Source: Candidatus Firestoneibacteriota bacterium
GTDB taxonomy: Bacteria > Oederibacteriota > D2-FULL-39-29 > JBDRBU01
Reading direction: 5' to 3'
Length of the DNA stretch: 21,892 nt
Assembly: GCA_043822305.1 (NCBI GenBank)
Contig: JBDRBU010000083.1
Span: forward strand, 1-21,892
Position numbers and translations under genes: made by a program
Notes under the pieces: model-generated
Told to the model about the DNA's origin: nothing
Seen by the model: the letters and a program-made list of their open reading frames with translations, nothing else
Databases searched by the model: none
Part shown: positions 1-8,600 of the stretch, one piece after another
Numbering within the stretch: the stretch's first letter is position 1
How the letters are laid out: each line of letters starts with the position of its first letter

Positions 1-190
1 GGCAGACTTGATCATCTCAAACTCTATCAAATTATTCATTACTTATCCCCAAAATAGCCTTAAACGAGTCAAATTCAAAAAACTCTCTCATATATTTAGA
101 CTTACATCATTTCTCTGCATTAAACTTGAGGAAGTTTCTCTCTACAATAGAACCTGAAGAACCCTAATTACTTACATTTCTGGCGATTTC

Positions 191-269
191 CAATAACGTT
201 TGAGCATTTACGAACTTTGCGAAGCAAAGTTAAGCGAAGTGAAATGAAGCCGTAAATGCTTTGTTAGGC
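191..269 (-). mobile_element. Integron attC-like recombination site (79 bp)
   Basis: Minus strand reads GCCTAAC (matches RYYYAAC) aa AGCATTTACG ... CGTAAATGCT caaac GTTATTG. It has 10-bp inverted L-box arms and an internal hairpin AACTTTGC-TTC-GCAAAGTT, and lies 11 bp downstream of the stop codon of a co-oriented gene. Confidence 0.75.
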
Positions 270-280
270 GAAGATGTGTC

Positions 281-754
281 TCAGTCACAAATAACTACTG
301 AACCATCAGGGCCGTTGTATGTAAAATGCCAATGCAAGAGAATATCACGCCCAATCAGACAATCAAAATTTTTAAGAGGACAAGAAACAATCGGGATCTC
401 TTTGCCATTACCCCAAGGGAATATGATAAAACCATAATAAACAGGTTGCTGTTGTTCATCTTGAACTGAAGAAACTTTTTGAAAACCTGTGTGAACAAGT
501 CCAAGTTGATCAGCCACACGAGGTGTTATTACAGTACCACTTGCCCCTGTATCAATTAAGGCATTTACGCTAACTGTTGGAGCACTTTTCCCCTGTTGTT
601 TAAAATTTTCTTGAACAATCCGAGGATGAGTAATGGTAACTTTGATAAAAGCCCCCATTTGATTTAAAATGACTGGCGGTGGAATCTGGACTATTAATTC
701 TTTACCATCTTTCTCCACTTTACTCTGACCACCATACCTGTATGTATTTATCAT
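281..754 (-). CDS. Retropepsin-like (clan AA) aspartyl protease
   Basis: Catalytic motif ALIDTGAS and C-terminal LIGRDIL. Start moved from 787 to ATG 754, which has GGAGGA 6 nt upstream. Confidence 0.85.
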   Translation of the reverse strand: MINTYRYGGQSKVEKDGKELIVQIPPPVILNQMGAFIKVTITHPRIVQENFKQQGKSAPTVSVNALIDTGASGTVITPRVADQLGLVHTGFQKVSSVQDEQQQPVYYGFIIFPWGNGKEIPIVSCPLKNFDCLIGRDILLHWHFTYNGPDGSVVICD

Positions 755-778
755 AGCACATCCTCCATAATGAATCTC

Positions 779-798
779 CCCCACCATAAATGGCGGGG
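779..798. repeat. GC-rich palindrome flanked by ATCT direct repeats
   Basis: CCCCACCAT-AA-ATGGCGGGG (one mismatch). ATCT at 774-777 and 800-803. Confidence 0.8.
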
Positions 799-842
799 TA
801 TCTTCTCTGCAAGGAAAATATATTATTTATGGTGCCAATTCA

Positions 843-865
843 CCCTGTACCAATATGGTGCAGGG
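843..865. repeat. GC-rich palindrome flanked by TTCA direct repeats
   Basis: TTCA-CCCTGTACCA-ATA-TGGTGCAGGG-TTCA (839-869). The arms resemble the intragenic element in moeA and tupA. Confidence 0.8.
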
Positions 866-870
866 TTCAT

Positions 871-890
871 CCCTGTCTCAAGAGACGGGG
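871..890. repeat. GC-rich palindrome overlapping the stop codon of the 878..1129 gene
   Basis: CCCTGTCTC-AA-GAGACGGGG (one mismatch). On the minus strand it encodes the last residues (PVS) and the stop. Confidence 0.75.
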
Positions 891-1129
891 TATTTCTGAC
901 ACTCCCAGATAAAGTTTAGTGGTTCTTTTTCAACTAAATGATAAACGAGAAAGTTTGCATCTAACCCATATAAACGCACTCCTTCTTCTGCTGCTCGTTC
1001 ATAACTATCATAAGAATCCACTAGTTTTTCCTCAAATACAAGAATGAATTTGTCCTTATGCTCCTTGAGTAAGGATTCTTTGTTTTTATTAACGAAATCA
1101 AGATTTTTCTTCAAATTTTTTTCTCCCAT
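878..1129 (-). CDS. Small hypothetical protein of the type found upstream of clan AA aspartyl proteases (DUF5678-like)
   Basis: 83-aa ORF with KHKDKFILVF..VDSYDSYERA..EG pattern. ATG at 1129 has AGGAGG 8 nt upstream. Confidence 0.65.
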   Translation of the reverse strand: MGEKNLKKNLDFVNKNKESLLKEHKDKFILVFEEKLVDSYDSYERAAEEGVRLYGLDANFLVYHLVEKEPLNFIWECQKYPVS

Positions 1130-1212
1130 GTTTTCCACCTCCTATTTTCTCTCTATTTCAGTTGATCAAAAACTTATTTTATTTCTTTAATGTTTAAAAA
1201 AGTTTATCTTGT

Positions 1213-2526
1213 TTATTCTTTTTTTGTTTCTAAATCAAGTATTGCTATCGGTATTGATTCTTCTTTGGGATATTTTTCAATAACTTTACTTGAAATGGTT
1301 TCAACAAGTTTTTGTATAGTTTCAATAATCTCTTTTTCAGAATTACATTTTCCCATTTCTGCAAATACTACTTCAGAACTCTCAACATTTATTATTCTAA
1401 TATTTATTACAAATTCTTTAAATATATTAGAAATACTACTAATAACTACAAATCTTACATTTAGTATCTTTCCTATTTCAACAGCACATTCAGTTTTAGT
1501 ACATCCGGTTAATTGAAATTTCTGTTCTTTCAATATCTCTTTCATCTTGCTTCTTTCTAAAATAATAAATTTGTTTATTTTAAAAAAAGAAGTTGTTATG
1601 GTATCTGATAACCCTTGTTCAATATTATCATCTGTAATTACTGCCTCATAAGGATAATTTTGGTTCATTGTTTCCCTGCCTTCCTCATTATACCTTTTTG
1701 AATTTATTTTAACACCATTTTTGTAGGTATTTATTGTTGCTATTTCTCCATTCGTAAAATATTCCTTTACTAATCCATTTTTTTTACCATCTTTATAATT
1801 TATTTCTTTTTTAAGGATACCTGATTTGCCATACCACTTTGTTAAACCATCTAATTCATTATCTTTGTAATTCAATTCTACTATAAGGTCACCATCCAAA
1901 TAAAGGTTATAATTAAAACCCCAATGGCCATCCTTAAAAATAAAAATGTCATCTTCAAAGGGGAACTCATCTGGAGGTGGAGGACTAAAGCAATAGTAAT
2001 TTAAAACTATCAAAATACTATAATAATACTTACATATTCCATTTAGTTTTCCATCTTTATAATTTTCTTCTCTTTCAAGTCTCTTAATAATACCACCATA
2101 ATACTCTTTTAATAAACCATCTCTTTTGTCATCTTTATAACTTCCCTCTTTATCAAGTCCTCCCTTTTCATCATAGTATTTATATACCCCATTTCTTTTA
2201 TCATCTTTATAATTTTGTTCCAAATAAAGTTTTCCATTTTCATAATATACTTTTAATAAACCATTTCGTTTACCATCTTTATAATTTTGTTCACTATCAA
2301 GTTTCCCATCTTCATCATAGAATTTAACAATACCGTCTGGTATTTTACCAATTATTTTCTCATTGTCTTTTTTATCAAATATTCTTTTTGCTATTTCTTT
2401 ACCTTTGTTATAAAAAACTATTTCCATTATTCCATCAGGATATAGGGTCATTTTTCCGGTTACTTCAGAAAAAGCAATATCTGAAATTAAATGTAAAAAC
2501 AATATTATTAGAATTACTTTTTTCAT
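1213..2526 (-). CDS. Secreted MORN-variant (YwqK-like) repeat protein with C-terminal CsgG/HfaB-like domain
   Basis: Signal peptide MKKVILIILF. Repeated NYKDGKRNGLLKxYYENG units. C-terminal FIILERSKMKEILKEQKFQLTGC..ECAVEIGKILNV. GGAGG RBS upstream. Confidence 0.8.
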   Translation of the reverse strand: MKKVILIILFLHLISDIAFSEVTGKMTLYPDGIMEIVFYNKGKEIAKRIFDKKDNEKIIGKIPDGIVKFYDEDGKLDSEQNYKDGKRNGLLKVYYENGKLYLEQNYKDDKRNGVYKYYDEKGGLDKEGSYKDDKRDGLLKEYYGGIIKRLEREENYKDGKLNGICKYYYSILIVLNYYCFSPPPPDEFPFEDDIFIFKDGHWGFNYNLYLDGDLIVELNYKDNELDGLTKWYGKSGILKKEINYKDGKKNGLVKEYFTNGEIATINTYKNGVKINSKRYNEEGRETMNQNYPYEAVITDDNIEQGLSDTITTSFFKINKFIILERSKMKEILKEQKFQLTGCTKTECAVEIGKILNVRFVVISSISNIFKEFVINIRIINVESSEVVFAEMGKCNSEKEIIETIQKLVETISSKVIEKYPKEESIPIAILDLETKKE

Positions 2527-2571
2527 TAATTATCACCTCCACAATACCAAGTAATTCAAAGTCACATTTTT

Positions 2572-2766
2572 TCAAACTTTGGGACCATAATTTTCTCTCA
2601 TTATTTCCTTCGCTTCTTCATGTGTATAAAATTGACCTGTTTCCAATTGCATTTGCCCCTTCAATATCTTTTGTTTTACATATAAGTGTTCCATTATATC
2701 TTCTAAAGTAGACTTTTCAGGCATTTTCTTTACTAATGAAATCACATTTTCTTTTACTGACGACAT
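2572..2766 (-). CDS. Small antitoxin-like protein of the type preceding RelE/ParE toxins
   Basis: 64 aa with LVKKMPEKSTLEDIMEHLYVKQKI.KG...G..YTHEEAK. Strong GGAGGTGA RBS. Confidence 0.65.
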   Translation of the reverse strand: MSSVKENVISLVKKMPEKSTLEDIMEHLYVKQKILKGQMQLETGQFYTHEEAKEIMRENYGPKV

Positions 2767-2785
2767 TAAATCACCTCCATTTATA

Positions 2786-3538
2786 TTAAAATCTACAATT
2801 TATCTCGTATAATAATTTTTCATTTTCATATTTAAATATTAAACCTATATCTTCTTTACTGTAATCAATCTTATGAACTTTACCAATAAGAATTCCAATT
2901 ACTGCGCCCACAAAAACATCTGAAAACCAGTGTGCATCTTTATAAACTCGGGCTAAGCCAACTAATGTTGCCAGTGGATATGTTATATAATAACAATTAT
3001 AAGCATTCCCAACTACTTCTGCAACTACCCAGGCAACTGCTGTATGTCCGGAAGGAAATGAATCATTAGTTAAAGATGGTCCGATGAAATTTAAAGGGTC
3101 ATTATTAGAAGATGGTCTAACTCTACCTAAAAAACATTTAATACCATTTACTATTATTCCGGTTTCTACGATTGATTCTACAACTTGTCTTGTAACTAAT
3201 CTTTCCTTTTTTCCTCCAATCACATCCACAACACCACATATGGCTAAATCAAACATCCCATCACCCAGAATATCTATAAAACTAATAAAATCAAGTGTTG
3301 AATTTTTTGATGAGTTAAACTTATCCCGAAAATATGTATCATTTTTCAATATTGAGTATGTAATAATACTTACCGGCGCTATTATTAAAAAATCTTCTAA
3401 TTTTACATTAAATGGTGAAAGTACTTCTTCACCTAAATGATTACCTACATTTGTAAAAAAGTTATACTCCTCACAATAACCATTGTTAAAGAACAAAACA
3501 AAAAGTATTATCATATATCTCAATGCACAGGAAAACAT
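2786..3538 (-). CDS. PAP2 family phosphatase
   Basis: Three PAP2 motifs: K..LGRVRP, SFPSGH and ARVYKDAHWFSD. Signal-like N-terminus. Exact start uncertain. Confidence 0.9.
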   Translation of the reverse strand: MFSCALRYMIILFVLFFNNGYCEEYNFFTNVGNHLGEEVLSPFNVKLEDFLIIAPVSIITYSILKNDTYFRDKFNSSKNSTLDFISFIDILGDGMFDLAICGVVDVIGGKKERLVTRQVVESIVETGIIVNGIKCFLGRVRPSSNNDPLNFIGPSLTNDSFPSGHTAVAWVVAEVVGNAYNCYYITYPLATLVGLARVYKDAHWFSDVFVGAVIGILIGKVHKIDYSKEDIGLIFKYENEKLLYEINCRF

Positions 3539-3583
3539 ATTTTTTCTTTTTTTACTTTATTTTCTTTACCTTTTTGTATCCTA

Positions 3584-3606
3584 CGCAGGCTAAAGCCTGC
3601 GGCTAC
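3584..3606 (-). repeat. REP-like element with GTAG foot
   Basis: Minus strand GTAG-C-CGCAGGC-TTTA-GCCTGCG, a perfect 7-bp stem immediately after the GT4 stop codon. Confidence 0.75.
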
Positions 3607-3607
3607 A

Positions 3608-4768
3608 TTAATTTTTACTTTCCTTAATAAGTCTCTCATAAATACCAAGCATTTTCTTGGCCATGTTTTCTGAAGACATTTCTAATGCCCTTTCTCTGGC
3701 TTCTTTTGCTTTTGCATCATATAAATTTTTATCATGTAAGAGTCTTACAACTTTCTCAGCAAAGTCATTTAAATCATTCTTAGTTAAATATCCGCCCGTT
3801 TGTTTTTCAAAGCCGTTCATCATATCTATAACTCCCATTTCTCCTACACATACTACTGGCTTATTGAAATACATTGCTTCAAGTAAAACCAAGCCCTGAG
3901 TTTCTGTTAAAGATGCAAAAACGAACAAATCTTCAGCAGCATAAGCATTAACCCAATCCTGATGATTCAAAAATCCAAGAAAAACTATTTTATTATACAC
4001 TCCTAATTTTTTTGCTTGTTCTTCTAACTCTGGTTTTGCAACACCTTCTCCGGATATAACTAATCTTGCATTTGGAATTTCTTTTAAAATTAAAGGTAAT
4101 GCATCTATAAGAAAATTAATATTTTTTTCCCTCCCAAGTCTACACATACAAAGAAGCATTTTTTCATCTTTCCCAATATTATATTTTTTCCTAAAATCAT
4201 CACCGTTGTAACCTTTGAATTTATCCAGATCGATACCGGTAGGCATTATTTCTATGGGTACTTTAACTCCGTACTCAACCAAATCTTTTGCCATCTGTGG
4301 TGATGGTGATATTACAAGGTCACACTTATTTAGAATGTAGGCACTGTATTTCTTTGTTATTGCTGAAAGCGGTTTCCTGAGCCACTTTATATTCATATAG
4401 GTATTAATGTATGTTGGGTAAAGCGTATGATATGTATTTACAATAGGTATTCCTAATTTCCTGGCAACTGTGATACCATTCCAACCAAGAGGAAAAGGTG
4501 ATTGTGAATGTATTATATCAAGATTAAGTTTTTTCCAATCCTGCTTCATAAACCAAACAACGGGCAACCTGTATTTAGGAGGAAATGGTGCAGACATTGA
4601 CCAGCATCTTATTATATCTGGCTCATTATCCACATATTTAGGATACTTTGGAGCAACTATATAAACCTTATGCCCCATCTTCCTGAATTCTTTTGTATAA
4701 GACATTATAGATGTTACTGCACCATCAACTGATGGCAAATAATCATCTCCTGGCAATGCTATATTCAT
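3608..4768 (-). CDS. GT4 family glycosyltransferase (diacylglycerol glucosyltransferase-like)
   Basis: N-terminal D.YLP.VDG..TSI, TYHTLY, MPTGID, RLGREKNI and the SLTETQGLVLLEAM E-x7-E motif. GGAGG RBS. Confidence 0.9.
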   Translation of the reverse strand: MNIALPGDDYLPSVDGAVTSIMSYTKEFRKMGHKVYIVAPKYPKYVDNEPDIIRCWSMSAPFPPKYRLPVVWFMKQDWKKLNLDIIHSQSPFPLGWNGITVARKLGIPIVNTYHTLYPTYINTYMNIKWLRKPLSAITKKYSAYILNKCDLVISPSPQMAKDLVEYGVKVPIEIMPTGIDLDKFKGYNGDDFRKKYNIGKDEKMLLCMCRLGREKNINFLIDALPLILKEIPNARLVISGEGVAKPELEEQAKKLGVYNKIVFLGFLNHQDWVNAYAAEDLFVFASLTETQGLVLLEAMYFNKPVVCVGEMGVIDMMNGFEKQTGGYLTKNDLNDFAEKVVRLLHDKNLYDAKAKEARERALEMSSENMAKKMLGIYERLIKESKN

Positions 4769-4809
4769 ATTTTACCTCCCCCTTGTTAGTAAAAAAAGTA
4801 ATTAAAGTA

Positions 4810-4881
4810 TTTTTACTTTTCTTACTTTCCTTACTTTTCTTACTTTTTTTACTTCCTTTGCTTTCCCCACTTCTTTCACTT
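4810..4881. repeat. Degenerate 9-bp tandem array (YYYYYRCTT x8)
   Basis: tttttactt ttcttactt tccttactt ttcttactt tttttactt cctttgctt tccccactt ctttcactt, preceded by inverted AAGTA units at 4787-4809. Confidence 0.8.
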
Positions 4882-4892
4882 TCTTTATTATA

Positions 4893-5636
4893 CTACATTC
4901 CCCTGGCCAATGTAAAGACTCTTATTTGACTTGCTCCATCACCAAGTAGCATCGAACTACATTCATCTGCTGTAGCGCCTGTTGTTAATATATCATCAAC
5001 AAGTAAAACGCAAGCCCATTTAATTTTTCCCGGATTTCTAATTTCAAAAACTCCTTTAACATTCAAGAATCTATCTTCTTTACTTAATTTATGCTGTGGA
5101 ATAGTTTCTTTTACTCTAATTAAAACATCCGTAAATAAAGGAATTTTAAAATAATCTGCTAAACACTTAGATAATAACTCTGCCTGATTATAGTCCCTTC
5201 CACTTTGTTTTTTCTTATACATAGGAACCGGTATTATACAATCTATGTCATCTACTCCACAATTTTCTTTTATAAACTCTACCATTAATTCACCAAAATG
5301 TTTTGCCAATACTCTACATCCTTTATATTTTAATAAATGTATACCTTCTTTTAAAACACCTTCGTAAATTCCAACTGATCTATTATCAACAAAAGAAAAC
5401 CTCTGTCTTGTGCAATCCGCACAAAAATTTTCATCAGACGAAGTCAACTGTTTACCACAGTAAACACACATTGGATGTTTAATTATTTTTATCTTACCCC
5501 AGCAACCACCACATATAGATCCTTTTCTATCTTTATCTAACTTATCACTACAAATTTTGCAATTTGCAGGAAAAATAATATCTAATATCCCTATTATGAT
5601 ATTTTTTACTTTTTCCACTTTTCCCACTTTCCCCAC
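4893..5636 (-). CDS. comF: ComF family protein (double zinc ribbon plus phosphoribosyltransferase domain)
   Basis: Four CxxC pairs, LKY, IIPVP, R.YNQAELL, LLVDDILTTGAT..EC and terminal VFTLAR. Start ambiguous because several in-frame GTGs lie in a repeat. Confidence 0.92.
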   Translation of the reverse strand: MGKVGKVEKVKNIIIGILDIIFPANCKICSDKLDKDRKGSICGGCWGKIKIIKHPMCVYCGKQLTSSDENFCADCTRQRFSFVDNRSVGIYEGVLKEGIHLLKYKGCRVLAKHFGELMVEFIKENCGVDDIDCIIPVPMYKKKQSGRDYNQAELLSKCLADYFKIPLFTDVLIRVKETIPQHKLSKEDRFLNVKGVFEIRNPGKIKWACVLLVDDILTTGATADECSSMLLGDGASQIRVFTLARGM

Positions 5637-5647
5637 TTATTTTACTA
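5603..5647. repeat. Degenerate 9-bp tandem array (5 units) spanning the sprA-like stop and the comF start
   Basis: tttttactt tttccactt ttcccactt tccccactt attttacta. Encodes the MGKVGKVEKVK N-terminus of ComF. Confidence 0.75.
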
Positions 5648-8600
5648 GAATATTGCATTTACTTTTAAACTAATTCCGTAAGCATAATAATTATTAACAT
5701 TAGATACATAATCATTAAGATAACTAAATTGAAATCCTAAATCTGCTCTGATATTTCTTGAAAAATTATACTCCACTGAGGTTGAAATTGTATAAAGGTC
5801 CGTTTTAATTTCACTGCCTATAGTAGCCCCACTTGTTTTATTCCTAACCATATTTAAGTTAAACCTACTGTTTAATCTTACAGCTTGCTCAATTTTTATA
5901 ATTGCACCTCCAAATGGCCAAAAGTCTGGAAGTTTAATCGGGTCATTAAAATTAAGATTTAAACTAAGGTCAACTCCAGGAGTATAACTTATGTTATTGT
6001 ATTTAATATTGTTCTCTTCCCTGTCTTCTATATTTGCAATAAATAACAACGAACCATTGAAAGCATCCGAAACACGAAATGGACATGTAAAATTTCCAGT
6101 ATGTGTGAAAGAATTAGATGTAATTTTATCACTTGCATCTATTCTTTTTATGTTTTTATAGTCATATTCTATATTCATACTTGTTGGATTTAAAAGAGAA
6201 AGTATTGGTATTGGCGGTGAATCAATAATTACTCCACTCCCAACAGAGTTAACATTTGTTTTGGTTAAGAATTGCAACTGTCTGTTACTCTCATTGCTTA
6301 TACTACCTCTCGGATTAAATGTAATGGGTCCTAATTTAAACCTACCATTACCAGTATCACTAACTACTTGAGAGCTATTTAAAGCAAATTTTTCCGATGG
6401 GACTATCCACCACTCATCCCAAAAGGTTAAATTTTTTATTGGGAAGTTCTCACCTGCACCATCATAATTATTATAAAAAGCATTTGCAGAAACTCTATGA
6501 CTTAAATTCAGAGTTGGTGAAAAAGATTCCAAAAACCCCAACCATTCAGAAAGTCGGAATTCTGAACCTGCCTCTATTGAACTACTTGTTCTTAACTGAT
6601 TTACATTATAATCTCTATCAACAGCACCATTGTAGTTTGCCCTTGGTGTAAGCCCTTTAATCTTTGAATATGAAGAAGAAAGTCCAGCGCTTCTTGAATA
6701 TGTCTGAGGTGAAAAATCATCTACAAAAGGGAAAGTGCCAGAAGGTAATGAAATATTATAAGCATATATATTACCTTTCTTATCTAAAAACTTCATAGTG
6801 TAAAAAGGAGAAGTTGTTAAGCCCGATAAAAACTCATAACTTCCCATCCATTTATAGTAATTCTCACGAGAAATAATATAAGTATTCCTATCTAAATACA
6901 AAGAATGATTGATTTTGTCTTCTGAAAATCCAAACGATGCTTCAAAATTATTCGTCCCTAACGGAATACCAAATATATTTGAAGGCAGGGCATATGTTGC
7001 CTTAGAAGAAGCATTATAAGATTTTGTATATGTATTATCATTTAATAAAACATTAGGCAAATATTGCATATTTTCTAATTTATAGTTGCCATTTAAAGAT
7101 ATATTTAAAGGTGAAAGTAATGTAAAATTTAAAGTAGAATTGTAATTATCTGAAAATCTTTCCGGGTACGACAAATAGTTAGGATTTGACTTGTCTTTAT
7201 CATCTGTAAGGGTTTCATCTTTCCTATAATTAAATGTTAGTGGTAAAAAATTAACAGGTGTTAATGAAGAAGATACTGTAGTATATTTTGTAGTTTGTTT
7301 TATACTTTGATATGTTTGTGCTACTGATAAATTTGTATTAACACTCGCGTCTTCAAACATGTTAAATGTGCTGGCTATGTTTTTATAATCACCAGAGATA
7401 GAAAAGAAATCTCCATATCTCACTGAACCATTTAATCGTGATGCAATGCCTTCTTTCATTATAGAATCCGATACTCTTAAATTATTAACCCATATTTCCC
7501 CTCCTGTATTAGTACTTATAACTCCAATGCTCACTTGTTTTACATTGTTTAAATAAAAACTACCTACTTTTGAAGTTGGTGGACTACCTAACGAGAATGT
7601 CACTGTTTGCCATCCTGATGAAATCGTAGATAAATCTAAATTATATTGATAGTAATTTGTATCATCGCTTCCTACCCGAATAAAAAATATATCACCAGAA
7701 AATGTTGTCCTCTTATATATATCACATTTTAAGTAATTATAATCTAAATAACTTTGTGCCCTTGTGAATAGTTTACAAATATAAGGAATAGTAACTGATG
7801 AAGAAGCAGTATTATTATAAGTAATACTTAAAGACATCTCGCGATTTTTCTCTGTCTCAGTATCAGCCTTAAAAAAGCCATCTGTTAATGGCTCGTAAAC
7901 GCTATCAAGGTCCTTATTTATTGTTTTAACATCCAAATTAGATGCTAATAAAGGATATTTAAGTTCCCATTTATTACCTGTAAATTGAACAGATTCTACT
8001 ACCATAGAACCAGTCTGTGATGAAATATTTTTTAACCATAATCGGACATGTTTTATTAATGTAGGTGTTGGAGAACCATTTTTATCTGTTGTTGTTGTAA
8101 AATTCAAAGGTATCTTTATTAACTTCCATGAACCAATAGTATTTGAGATATAGGCAGGAGGGATATTATTCAAATCAAATTCATACCTGTAGTAATCATT
8201 ATTAGTAAAATCAAGTCTTCCATTATTATCCATATCCTCTTTATCTAATCTATTATTATTTTGTCCCACATTTGAAATACTTCCGGCAAATTTAACTGGT
8301 ATACCCGTATCTTCGCCTGTATTCAATAAATTATCATTATTCTTATCTTCTGTATCTAATAAACCATTTCCATTTATGTCTTCAGATATCACGCCAATAT
8401 CCAAATTAAAAGTAGTACTACTTGTCCAATCAGCGTTCATCCATATTTCTAAATACTTATATCTACTATAATCAGAACCAATAGTAGAAACTGGATACCT
8501 CATTCCATCCCATCTTCCATTTGTAAAATCGCAATCTATCTTTAATAATTGTTTCTTGGTAACAACACTCGTATCATGACCATAATCATCATAATTAGAT

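Noticed and set aside
755..787. ORF-track upstream starts (787, and likewise 1138, 10738, 16383, 17102)
   Set aside because: They fall inside palindromes, RBS or promoter elements. Downstream ATGs fit the RBS or signal peptide better.
1690..2330. Recurring CCATCTTTATAATT motifs as a possible CRISPR or DNA repeat array
   Set aside because: They are codons of MORN protein repeats (NYKDG), with no repeat-spacer structure.
1190..4664. Plus-strand ORFs 1190..1516, 2388..2711, 3084..3440, 3437..3673, 3657..3899 and 4470..4664
   Set aside because: Antisense shadows of well-supported minus-strand genes, with no recognisable motifs.
4711..4929. Leu-rich 72-aa ORF resembling a membrane peptide
   Set aside because: It is the translation of the pyrimidine-rich 9-bp array and overlaps two real genes in antisense.
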